Assembly (NCBI RefSeq): GCF_001194135.2
Contig: NC_068992.1
Span: 46,992,180-47,031,986 of the forward strand
Direction of reading: 5' to 3'
Source: Octopus bimaculoides
Taxonomy: Eukaryota
DNA: 39,807 bases
Of the stretch, positions 1 to 11,297 are shown in pieces (within the stretch, counting starts at the first letter, position 1; every line of letters starts with the position of its first letter). Below the pieces are notes generated by a model that searched no databases, was not told the origin of the DNA, and saw only the letters and a program-made list of their open reading frames with translations. Position numbers and translations under genes: made by a program.

Positions 1-292
1 ATGAACAGAGATTCACATATCGTCAGCCACCAAGGGACATGCTCAATCGGTTAAGGTCAAACAACTGACAAGCAAATCTGTGGTATTGAGCAGAATATTT
101 GTTGTAGCCCATCTTTTATACCAAGACAAAACAATGAACATGATAACACTTCCAATCAATTAAGATCAGAAGCTATGAAAGCCATGAGATAACACTTCCA
201 TTGGAAGTATTATCATGGAAGCCATGATAACACTTCCAATCAGTTAAGAACAAAAGCCATGAGCCCTGATGCCTGCCATTGCATCAGGGCAT
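1..292 (+). repeat. End of a probable dispersed repeat, with a terminal hairpin followed by an (ATT)n tract
   Basis: Perfect 10-bp inverted repeat gccctgatgc (263-272) / gcatcagggc (281-290) directly before (ATT)n at 294-368. Internal duplicated and inverted 18-22 bp blocks. Family assignment is from recall only. Confidence 0.45.
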
Positions 293-368
<76 letters not shown>

Positions 369-512
369 CATAGGCATATATATGTATAACATACTTATAT
401 TTTATATATAAACATATGCATATACATATGTATATATGTATATATGTATATGTATGCATGTAAATGTGCGTATACATATATACATACATACATGCATATA
501 TATATATATATA

Positions 513-667
513 GTCAATTCAAACAGGAACAAGCAAGAAAAAACATGTAAAAACACGAAACAACAACAACGCGAGGACGTGAAATAAGTACAGTGTTATT
601 GGACGTTCAGGAAAGGAAAGAAAAGAAAGAGGATTTCACGTTTCGAGCGGAGCTCTTCGTCAGAAAT
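513..667 (-). mobile_element. Short repeat resembling a Penelope-like element terminal repeat, with a minimal hammerhead-like motif
   Basis: Minus strand 667-633 reads ATTT CTGACGA A GAGC TCC GCTC GAAA CGT G AAAT. This has both hammerhead core boxes, a 4-bp stem II and a 4-bp stem I. The unit sits between (TA)n tracts. No RT or GIY-YIG ORF nearby. Confidence 0.5.
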
Positions 668-870
668 ATATACATATATACATACATGCATAAATACATA
701 CGTATAAACGCAAACATATAATACGTGTATGTGTGTGTGTGTGTTTGTATGTGTGTGTGCGTCAGTAAGTACCTTTGACTATGAATGCATGAATGTATGT
801 TTGTGTTATGTATCGCTATAAGGAACGAATATGGATTGTAGGGAAGGGTATCGAAAAGAGTATCGAGCAA

Positions 871-889
871 AATAGATAGATAGATAGAT

Positions 890-988
<99 letters not shown>

Positions 989-1001
989 TAGAGAGAGAGA
1001 G
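871..1001. repeat. (GATA)n/(GA)n microsatellite
   Basis: Visible directly. One of dozens of CA, GA, TA, TAA, CAT, TACA and GATA tracts in the window. Confidence 0.95.
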
Positions 1002-2257
1002 CGAGTCGGGGAGACAGAGACGGAGAGTGAGAGAGAAAGAGTGGGCTGGAAAATATGGGAAGCACCATAAAGTAACACCCAAATACGAATGTGTATGCAT
1101 ATATTTAAGTGCATCTAAGAGAAAGTCTGTGTGTATACGTTGCGCACGCATGTGTGTGTGAGAGAGAAAACAACGACAAGAAAATACGCACGATTTGTAG
1201 CTTTTCTGTCCCTTTCCCCCCATCTCCACAACCCTCTTCACCTCATTCACTTTGATCGGTAGAGAGAGCTTTTAGGAATCACAGAAGCTCACTTTTGCCT
1301 CTTTCCACAGTGGCATGTTATTTTTATGTTCTGTTCATCCATTCATCAAAAGTGGCTACTGTAATGGCTACAAGTTGTTGTTCAGTTATTATTCATTCAT
1401 TTATTTATCAGGCATTCATTGCAACACCGTCTGCTTATCCTAGAATTCACTTGACGAATCTCACCCTCTTTCAACTGCAGCCGATTACTCTCAATAAAAC
1501 GTGATAGCTTTATTCGTTGAGTCGATAATTTGCACGCACGGTAACTGTAAGTGTTTCCCAAGCACGCATCATATCGAAGCGGATCGACACAGTCTTCGCA
1601 ATTTCTCAGATATTCTATATTTTTCTCTTAATCACATCATACTTTATGTTTTAACTTTCTTTTATTTAATTTTCAATCCCTAATAAATACAAACTATAAA
1701 CAAATAAACAAAACAGCTTTTGTCCTTCCCACACCTGCTATGCTTATTTTTATTTCATTTCGTTTTTATTTGTTAGTTACTTTATTTTCTTTCTTCTCAC
1801 TTTCAATGATGTGATTTTTAAAGCATTCTTTCTTTGCATTCATTCAATCAGCCAGTCAGCCAGTCAGTCAGTCAGGAACTTTTATTTCAATAACTCGCAA
1901 AAATAAGGAAAAAATAAAAACAAAAAATCAGAAAGAAGCATTAGTGCTTCCTTCTTTGTGTTGCCAAAGAGTAAAAACAAAATGACTTCACTTCCGGTTT
2001 ATCATTTCACTTATTTCACTTTTTTTTTTGCCCCCCTCCCTTTTCAATTATTAAGAGTATTGACAGGAAAAATTATTCATATAACTTTTTTTCAAATAGC
2101 TTTCTTACAAAGTAATATTTCGAAAGGTTTATTTTAGCCATCATTTTATCACTATATTTATTCATATTTGAAATATATTACCATATGCAAAATATAATCA
2201 AGATGAGGGAAAAATAACACTTCAACGCAATTATTTATGAAGTTACCGCCATCTTAT

Positions 2258-2409
2258 CAGTAGCGGGCTAGGGGGAGGTTTAGCCCTAAGGCTTTTATGG
2301 CAGCGGCATTTTTGAGCTTGCTATAGAAGCCTGTATAGGCTTGGGGACCCGAGGGGAGAGGAAAACTGAAGGCCTGCCCCGGGTGGCACACACTCTAGTT
2401 ACGCCATTG
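2258..2409. mobile_element. Non-autonomous hAT-like MITE (152 bp) with 8-bp TSD
   Basis: catcttat at 2250-2257 and 2410-2417. Imperfect TIRs: cagtagcgggctag on the left, caatggcgtaactag as reverse complement of the right end. An 8-bp TSD with CAG-type termini is typical of hAT. Confidence 0.7.
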
Positions 2410-2417
2410 CATCTTAT

Positions 2418-2750
2418 GTTGTTGGCACTCCGTCGCTTACGACGACGAGGTTCCAGTTGATCCGATCAACGGAACAGCCTGCTCGTGAAATTAACGTGCA
2501 AGTGGCTGAGCACTCCACACACACGTGTACCCTTGACGTAGTTCTCGGGGAAATTCAGCGTGACACAGAGTGACAAGGCTGGCCCTTTGAATTACAGGCA
2601 CAACAGAAACAGGAAGTAAGAGTGAGAGAAAGTTGTGGTGAAAGAGTACAGCAGGGTTCACCACCATCTCCAACGCCCGGTCTGGAAATCGAAACCGCGA
2701 TCCTATGATCGCGAGTCCGCTACTCTAACCACTGAGCCATTGCGCCTCCA
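2418..2750 (-). mobile_element. tRNA-headed SINE (family C head, distinct tail) with 13-bp TSD
   Basis: Minus-strand head GGAGGCGCAATGGCTCAGTGG (A box)...GGTTTCGATTTCC (B box), ending in a short CAACAAC tail. TSD cattgcatcttat at 2405-2417 and 2751-2763. Confidence 0.85.
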
Positions 2751-3264
2751 CATTGCATCTTATATACATATAAGAACTTGAATGAAGTATTCCAAGTTTT
2801 AAGATATTTAATGTTGCTATTTTTGTTTAGCCTCGAGTTTCAGCAATCTTATGACAGAGGTATTCCAGCCGTGACAAAGCCATACTTATAGATATAAATA
2901 GGACTGTATTATTCAATCTTTCCCAATTTTAAAACTGAAAGTGTAATTTAAGGGAAATCTAACCGACATATTTAGCGAATCGAACGACAGCATAGAGGCT
3001 CCTATGATGTCTTTTTTTTTGTTTTGTTAGATATGGAAGCGTCATAGATTGTGAAATAGGGAATTGCTAACTGTTTTTTTTATATCTGTATTATGTTAGA
3101 CATAATAAAACTGATTCGTTTCCAGACAAGACGGTTTATGACTTGTTAAATGTCACAGTTGTGGGTTTTGACTATTAAACGACTAATGTACCGTTGTACA
3201 CATGTGGATTAGAAATAGAGATTAAACGGGATTACAAGAGAAATCGAGATTACACATTTATCTT

Positions 3265-3616
3265 TTATCCTTCATTACTGGGGAAGCCGCCTTGAAAAGC
3301 TTTCGACGAAGAATTCGACCTCAGTATTTATTTATAAAATCTAGTACTTATTTCTACCGTTTCTTTTGACGAAACGCTACGTCACAGTAATATAAACAAA
3401 CCAACACCAGTTGTCTAACTGTGGACTTACACAAACACAAAGACACATACACACATAGATACATAAACACATACATGCACACGTACATACGTGCATTTAT
3501 TTACCCGGGGCTACAGAAGAAAAAAAAATTACTCAAAGGTACCATGCAGTGAGACCGAACCCGAAACCATGTGATTGAGAAGTAAAGTTCTTATCACACA
3601 ACCATACTTGTGCCCT
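3265..3616 (-). mobile_element. Degenerate SINE, family A
   Basis: Similar in reverse complement to the 17708-18115 copy (ccgaacccgaaaccatgtgattg vs ccacatggttccgggttcag; aaaccaacaccagttgtc). Confidence 0.65.
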
Positions 3617-3793
3617 TTGTACAAAACTATGACTATCGAGTCAGACTCATTGTATTACTGGTTTTTATAGCCACAATACCAGCAGGATGAAAAGCAGAGG
3701 TGACCGCAGCAGGATTTGAACTCGGAATGTAAAAGAAGAATTTAATGTGCGTTACTTTATCATTCCTGCCATTCTACTCTCCTAGAAAAATAT

Positions 3794-4005
3794 CGGTTTA
3801 AAATTGTGACACAAGGTCAGTAATTTCGGGTGGAGGCTAGTTGATTACATCGACCCCAGTGCTCAACTGGTATTTGTTTTATCGACCCCGAAAGGATGAA
3901 AGGCAAAGTCGACCTCGGCGGAATTTGAACTCAGAACGCTGAGGCGGACGAAATACCGCGAAGCATTTTGCCCGGCGTGCTAACGATTCTGCCAGTTGGC
4001 CGTCT
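3794..4005 (-). mobile_element. tRNA-headed SINE, family B, with approximate TSD
   Basis: Contains atcgaccccgaaaggatgaaaggcaaagtcgacctcggcggaatttgaactcagaacg, shared with the 11341, 22388 and 25401 copies. Flanks tactctcctagaaaaatat / tactgtcctagaaatat. Confidence 0.85.
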
Positions 4006-5113
4006 TACTGTCCTAGAAATATTGCAAGATGTTGTTGCAGGTATGATGGGATATTTATTTTAACAGAAAGAGGAATTGGACTGAATGTTCACAGAAATGT
4101 CTTAATATTTTGTCTATTACAGTTTATTTCTCACTGATAGTAAATATATTAGACACCGCCATATAGTTGAACCTGCAATACTGGTGGCTACTAATAGAGA
4201 ACATACAAGTTAGCTCTCTTGTATAACAGGTTTCGAGTGTTTGCACATATGTCCACCACGACGATGACGACACACTACAACGGTGATGACAACGAAGACG
4301 ACGGCGACGACGCCGACGACAATGACGATGACGAAGACGACGGCGGCGGCGAAAAAGCCGATGACCACCACCACCATCAACGCCACCACCACTAACACCA
4401 GCACCATGCCTTTGACCATTACCACTGCTACCAAAGATAAGAGCAGGGGAAAAGCAACTGTCATGCTCTAACCGAGTCATCTTTGACCGCCTACATAGTG
4501 GGGTCCAATAAAATCTACAGGGGTACAGAAATAGACTGGACACTAGAGAGTACTGCATAACGGGATTGTCACACTGAATCACGTACGATTAACCGCTGCA
4601 TAAAAGAATATGCAGTATGTTTCTCATATAGAGTGAAGCTAGAAAAATAAACCTGTGTAGAACTCTCTGTCATTTGACCGTTTTTCAGTGTGACATAAAT
4701 CTACAATCAAAGCTAACTTGGGACTTGCAGAACAAAAACGTGTTTCATTATGCCAAAATCTGCTCCCAATTGAACTAGCTGCAAATACACAACATGAATT
4801 TCGTTCCGGTTATTTTACAGTAGTTCTGAAATCCAGTAACCGGATGTTACACTTTCAAGCTCCAAGTGGTAAAGAGCCCACAACATACTGCACCTTGCAG
4901 ACATTTCTGATGATTGCTGGTTTTGGGGCTCCTTTTCTGGCATGGAACTAATTGATAATTTGGCTATCATTCCAACAGATTCTATAGTGCCTACCAGCCA
5001 AACTACATTATTGGCTCGAGTAACTGACCACTGTCCCCCTACTTCGACTATGGTAAATAGCCGGACAACCATAACGATTATTGTAGTAGTAGTGGTAGTC
5101 AGGATTATATGCC

Positions 5114-5888
5114 AGTGAAATAACTTTGGCTTTGAAGGACTCTCTCGAGGAGAGAGTATTCTCTACCGAATTAAGTAAAAAAAAAACCCCACCAGATACG
5201 GTATTAAAAGCTGCTAATGAAATTGGTGATGAATACTTACAACAGTGTGATGAACCCACATTCTGACAGATTAACGCCTGTCTATATGCTCTGGCTACTA
5301 CTGTAAGACAGTACATGAATGATATTCAAAAAGTAAACAAAACCGAAATCAGTGAAAAAGAGAATACCTGTGCTGAACTATTGAGAAATTTGCAGTTACT
5401 CTATCCAGATTACAAGTTCAGGTTTATACCTGTAATTATTGGGGTCCTGGGATATGTAACACACTGCCTAAATACCAATCTTGAGAAATTAGGCTTCTCA
5501 AAACCAGAAAGGAGAAAGCTAATTCGAAGACTACAGTTCCAACCCATCACTGGAACTGAAAAATCTGTAAAACTTTCCAAATGTTTATCATTGAAATATA
5601 TATGAGCATGTCTAGATATGCAGCTATATGCATGAGAATACATACATAACACATACAAATCTGCACAAACAAACATACATAAATGCATGCATGCATACAT
5701 GCATACATACATACGTACATACATACATACATGCATGCATACATGCATACATCCATCCATAATACATACATACATACATACATACAAAAATACCCTGTTG
5801 TTGATGTTGAAATTCCAATGAAGGAGCCTAGGTTAGAAACCAGTTCTTTGTCTATTGACAAGAAATCTTGAAATAAACTGAATAATGA
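5114..5888 (+). mobile_element. Decayed, apparently internally deleted non-LTR retrotransposon of REL-endonuclease type (R4/Dong/HERO-like)
   Basis: One frame with a single TGA at 5264 runs into ISEKENTCAELLRNLQLLYPDYKFRFIPVIIGVLGYVTHCLNTNLEKLGF...LIRRLQ...GT. This resembles the C-terminal P(V/I)IIGALG...LQ...GT signature of REL-type LINEs. It is followed by a (TACA)n-containing 3' region ending ...aataaactgaataatg. The 5' boundary is uncertain. Confidence 0.7.
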
Positions 5889-6007
5889 CATACACACACA
5901 AACACACACACACATATATATATAAATATACGAATATGTAACTATGTATATATATGTGTGTGTGTATGAGTGTGTGTGCGTGTGCAGAAAGATATGTACA
6001 CACACAC

Positions 6008-6062
<55 letters not shown>

Positions 6063-7535
6063 GAGAGAGAGAGAGAGAAAAAATTATATGAAAATCCTTT
6101 CTTAATGTTTTAGTTTTCTTCTAATCAGAATGAATCCATATCTTCATTTTATATGTTTTTGATAATTTATTAAAAAAAAAAATATAAAAAGCGCTGCTAC
6201 ACTTGTTCATTATTTCTTGGCTACCTCATCATCTTTATCTAGCGCCCTGAACCTTTATATAAACTACTACGAGGCTTTTAGATTTCTATTCGATATGGCT
6301 TCTCTCTTAAATTGTCAAATATAGAGCGAAGAATGATATCTACATATAATTAAGGCAGTTTGGCCAGCAGGCGCTAGAAGCAATGTCAGCTGTGGTTTGA
6401 GACAATATTGGTTTAGGAAACAAAAGCCAAACAACAGTCTTCATCTTCTTTGGGAGGAGGGTTTTCTCCCCCTCTTCTATCAATTATATCGTCAGCCTTC
6501 TTAATGTTAACTGCGCAGCGTTCAAACAACACCCATTCTACACTAATTAAGACAGCCTTGCCAACACCTCCACGTGATTATGACGTGCAAATAACGGCCG
6601 CAGCAGTGAGATATATTCCGATATCATGTCGGCTTTCCTTGCTCGATGTGTTTTGAGTTAATTCTGCGTTGGTTGTTTGAGCAAATCTGACCTTTACTTC
6701 TGCCTCCTTATCTCCATTTGTTAGCTTAGTCTCTTCATTTCTATTTTCTCTCTCATTCGTTTTTGTTTTTTCTTGTTTATCTGCTGTGACCATGATGCAG
6801 GACTTTCGCGGCCGCTGAGTCAAATCGAAACATCAACCCACATTTCATAATGTTGCTGCTATTATTACTGTTGTTTGTGCTGATTTTGTTGTCGTTCATT
6901 AAATCTTTTTTTTTTATGCAAAATAAAAAAAACACCGGACATTAATTTTTTTCTTTCTTAAAGCAGACTGAGTTAGCAAACAATCACAACATTGTGTGAG
7001 GCAGGAGAAAGAAAAAGATGGAAAAAGAAAAGAATAAGAATGGAACGACAATTCATATACATGCTGGCAAAAATTTACACCAACACCACTGCTAACACGA
7101 TCATTGCTAATAACAAAACAAACCACAATAGCAACATTCACAATAACAGCAACACTGGTAACAGTAGCGACAAGATTGATAATAAGGTGATATCGAAGCT
7201 AATCATGATAGTGGTGATGTTAATAGATACAAATGCTGTCCGAAGTAAATGCTAACTAACTACCCTGTGCTTATGTTTGGTTTCTAGAAAGCAGACGACA
7301 TGCGCAAGATGGCGGAAAACAACTAATGCAGCTTTGCAACCGCCCGACAAACAACCGAACAAACAAACAAACGAATATGCTAATGTATAATAACAGAGAG
7401 ACAGCGGTCAGAGGTGACAATGAAACCATACAAAGGCAAGAATGCAAGCAAACAGCAACAACTACAGTCAACGTAAACCTCAAGCAACATATGACGCACA
7501 CACTCGCGTGTGCTTACAGACGTACCCAAATAAAG

Positions 7536-7593
<58 letters not shown>

Positions 7594-8060
7594 NNNNNNN
7601 NNNNNNNNNNNNNNNNNNNNNNNNNNNNNNNNNNNNNNNNNNNNNNNNNNNNNNNNNNNNNNNNNNNNNNNNNNNNNNNNNNNNNNNNNNNNNNNNNNNN
7701 NNNNNNNNNNNNNNNNNNNNNNNNNNNNNNNNNNNNNNNNNNNNNNNNNNNNNNNNNNNNNNNNNNNNNNNNNNNNNNNNNNNNNNNNNNNNNNNNNNNN
7801 NNNNNNNNNNNNNNNNNNNNNNNNNNNNNNNNNNNNNNNNNNNNNNNNNNNNNNNNNNNNNNNNNNNNNNNNNNNNNNNNNNNNNNNNNNNNNNNNNNNN
7901 NNNNNNNNNNNNNNNNNNNNNNNNNNNNNNNNNNNNNNNNNNNNNNNNNNNNNNNNNNNNNNNNNNNNNNNNNNNNNNNNNNNNNNNNNNNNNNNNNNNN
8001 NNNNNNNNNNNNNNNNNNNNNNNNNNNNNNNNNNNNNNNNNNNNNNNNNNNNNNNNNNNN

Positions 8061-8120
<60 letters not shown>

Positions 8121-8124
8121 GTGT

Positions 8125-8250
8125 GTGGTTAGAGCATCGGGCTCACAATCAATAGGTAGTAAGCTCGATTCCCGGACCGGGCTGTGTGTTGTGTTCTTGA
8201 GCAAAGCAATTCAGTCCCCACAGCTGTAAATGGATAACCCTGCGACGGAC
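8125..8250 (+). mobile_element. SINE family C fragment
   Basis: gtggttagagcatcgggctc...cgattcccggaccgggc...ttgtgttcttgagcaa...ccctgcgacggact matches the 28381 copy. Confidence 0.7.
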
Positions 8251-8667
8251 TAGATAGCAAATATGTCCAATTGTATATCGAGGCATTACTGTATGTATGT
8301 ATGTACGTACGTATGTATGTATGTATGTATGTATGTATGTATGTATGTGTGTAGGTATGTATGCATGAATGTATGTATGTATTTATGTATTTAAATGTAT
8401 ATTCATATCATTGCTATTACGCAAAAGTATACGTCCAATACGTTGCTTTTCAGAAAACAATAAAATAGTTTCAGCATTCCATATTAAAACCGTTGTACTA
8501 CACTTCGACAATTTTTGATATCTTGGCATCTGGTTGTGGACAGCTGACACTTTCCATCATACCCAGCAAAATAAGCTGTGAGTTTTCATGTAATAATAAT
8601 AATAATAATAATAATGGTTAACTGCTACCCACGAATTGTACCAGGAATACGATCACACCCATATCAA

Positions 8668-8700
<33 letters not shown>

Positions 8701-9537
8701 AATCAGAATGACAATAATAATAAAATAATTTAAAATTTTGATAAATAGCAAAGTGAAGGTAGAAGCCGAAAGCTAAGATACGTTTGCAATGATAAACTGT
8801 GAAAGGGTTAACAAGTTTTAAGCGAGTGTGACACATCACTATCATACAGAAGAAGTTTCAGTTGTTTAACTTGAAGTCAGTGAGAAATTTCTCTGAATAA
8901 ACATCGACCGTAAATTGCCAATATCGAAAACCTATTCTCCATGCTATTTTCATTTCAAAACACATGCAAGTATTTTTTTATCATTCAAACTCAAATGATA
9001 AAATTCATTTGGATGAGATTTTTAATTTTCTTTTCAATTTTGTTCAGAGGACTTCAGGAAATTGCTGAAAATTATATGGAAATGGGTTTCTGCGTTTTGA
9101 TTCTCACCGTTTAATTTTATTTTCTTGGAACAAATGTATAAGAGAGTATGTATGCATATGTATGTATTATTAGACGCATATTATAATAACAACACGGCAT
9201 ACGTACGCAACCATACACGCACCGCGCGCACACACACACACACACACGCACACACACAACACACACACTTACATATTCACATATATAGACATGTACGTGT
9301 GTACCAACTCACAGGCATATACGTAAATTTACATAAAATATATTAATCTGCTTACGTGCATTTGCGAATACAAACATACATGCAAACATACATAATACAT
9401 ACATACATACATACATACATACATAACACGCACATACATCACACACATATATATGATGTCTTATATACATGATGTAAATATATATATATATATATTCTTT
9501 TATTATATTATTCTTTTACTTGTTTTAGTCATCTGAT

Positions 9538-9586
<49 letters not shown>

Positions 9587-9590
9587 ATAC

Positions 9591-9754
9591 ACGACAAGTT
9601 TCTTTCAGTTTCCGTCTATCAAATCCACTCACAAGGTTTTGGTTGGCCCGAAATTATAATAGAAGGTACTTGACCAAGGTGCTATACAGTGGGACTGAAC
9701 CCGGAACCATGTGGTTGGGAAGCAAGCTTCTTACCACACAGTCACGCCTGCACC
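9591..9754 (-). mobile_element. SINE family A, 5' half
   Basis: Reverse complement matches the head of the 17708 copy (ggtgcaggcgtgactgtgtggtaagaagcttgcttcccaaccacatggttccgggttcagtccc). Confidence 0.85.
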
Positions 9755-9773
9755 TATATATGTTTATATATTA

Positions 9774-9957
9774 GTTTCAAATTTTGGCACAAGGCCAGTA
9801 ATTTCGTGGGTGGGGTTAGTCGATACATCGACCCCAGTGCTTCACTGGTACTTATTTCATCGAGCCCTAAAAGAATTTGAAATCAGAACGTAAAGACGGA
9901 CGAAATGCCGCTACGCATTTAGTCCGGCATGCTAACGGTTCTACCATCTCTATGCCT
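9774..9957 (-). mobile_element. SINE family B with central deletion and approximate 19-bp TSD
   Basis: Matches the 3794 copy. Flanks tatatatgtttatatatta (9755-9773) and tatatatgaatatatatta (9958-9976). Confidence 0.8.
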
Positions 9958-10409
9958 TATATATGAATATATATTACTTAATCGGCAGAAGTTACAGAGT
10001 TATTCGAAGGTCGAGTATTTTGTGCGTTGGAATTTTCCTGCTTGAATCACCTGTGGTGCTGAAGAGGAGATAACCACTCCGAAATGTATGCATCCATCAT
10101 TCTGGTTAGGGAACGCTGCGAACTGACTCGCTGTGTTTACACCTATCTCTCTACAGCAAGAAATTTTCTCCAGGACAAAATACAGTGAATGACTTTCTTA
10201 CTTTCTAAATTTCGTCTTTAAGATAGAGAAAAGCAGTGACCAATCAGTCAATGGTATCGTTGTGTGTAAAATATAGTCATTAGTGACGGAAGCAGTCCAT
10301 CCATATATCGAATCGATGTCTGCATGCATAACGAGCGCAAACCCACGCATAGACAAACACACATGCATACGAAGATATAGACATATATTTATATATTTAT
10401 TATTTTATT

Positions 10410-10485
10410 TATGCGGCCTTTTAAAGCCTAGCCAGGCTCATGGGCCCGGTTTCCCGGTTTCTATGGCATATGTGCCCCCCCCCCC
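10410..10485 (-). mobile_element. SINE family C 3' end, truncated by an assembly gap
   Basis: ttttaaagcctagccaggctcatgggcccggtttcccggtttc matches 23119-23160. Confidence 0.75.
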
Positions 10486-10764
10486 NNNNNNNNNNNNNNN
10501 NNNNNNNNNNNNNNNNNNNNNNNNNNNNNNNNNNNNNNNNNNNNNNNNNNNNNNNNNNNNNNNNNNNNNNNNNNNNNNNNNNNNNNNNNNNNNNNNNNNN
10601 NNNNNNNNNNNNNNNNNNNNNNNNNNNNNNNNNNNNNNNNNNNNNNNNNNNNNNNNNNNNNNNNNNNNNNNNNNNNNNNNNNNNNNNNNNNNNNNNNNNN
10701 NNNNNNNNNNNNNNNNNNNNNNNNNNNNNNNNNNNNNNNCTCTACACACACATACACACACACG

Positions 10765-10827
<63 letters not shown>

Positions 10828-10852
10828 CGCATTATGTAACGCATTAACTCAC

Positions 10853-10979
10853 CCGCATATGTTTATTCAGGCTTGACGACTGACTGAAGCTTTTGCCGCA
10901 GACAATGCATTTGTGAGGTCGGTGTTTCTCATGGACGTGTAGTATGTGGATACGTAAGCGGTCTCTTTTCTCAAACGAC
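10853..10979 (-). CDS. PRDM14: PRDM14 coding exon, rest of zinc finger 2 and finger 3 (127 nt; phase 2 start, phase 0 end); absent from the ORF track
   Basis: Found by reading the reverse strand. Acceptor catttgatag|G and donor ATG CGG|gtgagt. AG from the previous exon plus G gives Arg. Translates SFEKRDRLRIHILHVHEKHRPHKCIVCGKSFSQSSSLNKHMR, almost identical to recalled vertebrate PRDM14. Confidence 0.95.
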
Positions 10980-11297
10980 CTATCAAATGGAGAAAATATA
11001 AATAAATTAATTAATTAAAATGATAGCTTTTTAAAGTCGTGCACTGGTAGGTTAATGACAAATATGGTAGGATCTAAGAAATACAATATAGTAAGATCAT
11101 AGGAGATTATTAGAGCAGTAAGATAAATTGCTCTATAAAGGAGGTTAAAATCTGTAGGAAATAGAAAAGAACAGCAAGGGAAATAACTACAATCAGCTCA
11201 GCTAGCTGAAATTTTTGAATACATTTATACAGTAATGCAAATTAAAATCTGGTCTTTAAATCCAACTGGTGAACGCAATGGACGGACTAAGCAAAGC

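Noticed and set aside
6578-6823. 81-aa charged minus-strand ORF that could be a PRDM14 last exon
   Set aside because: No zinc-finger continuation (VHSG...), no convincing acceptor and no similarity to PRDM14.
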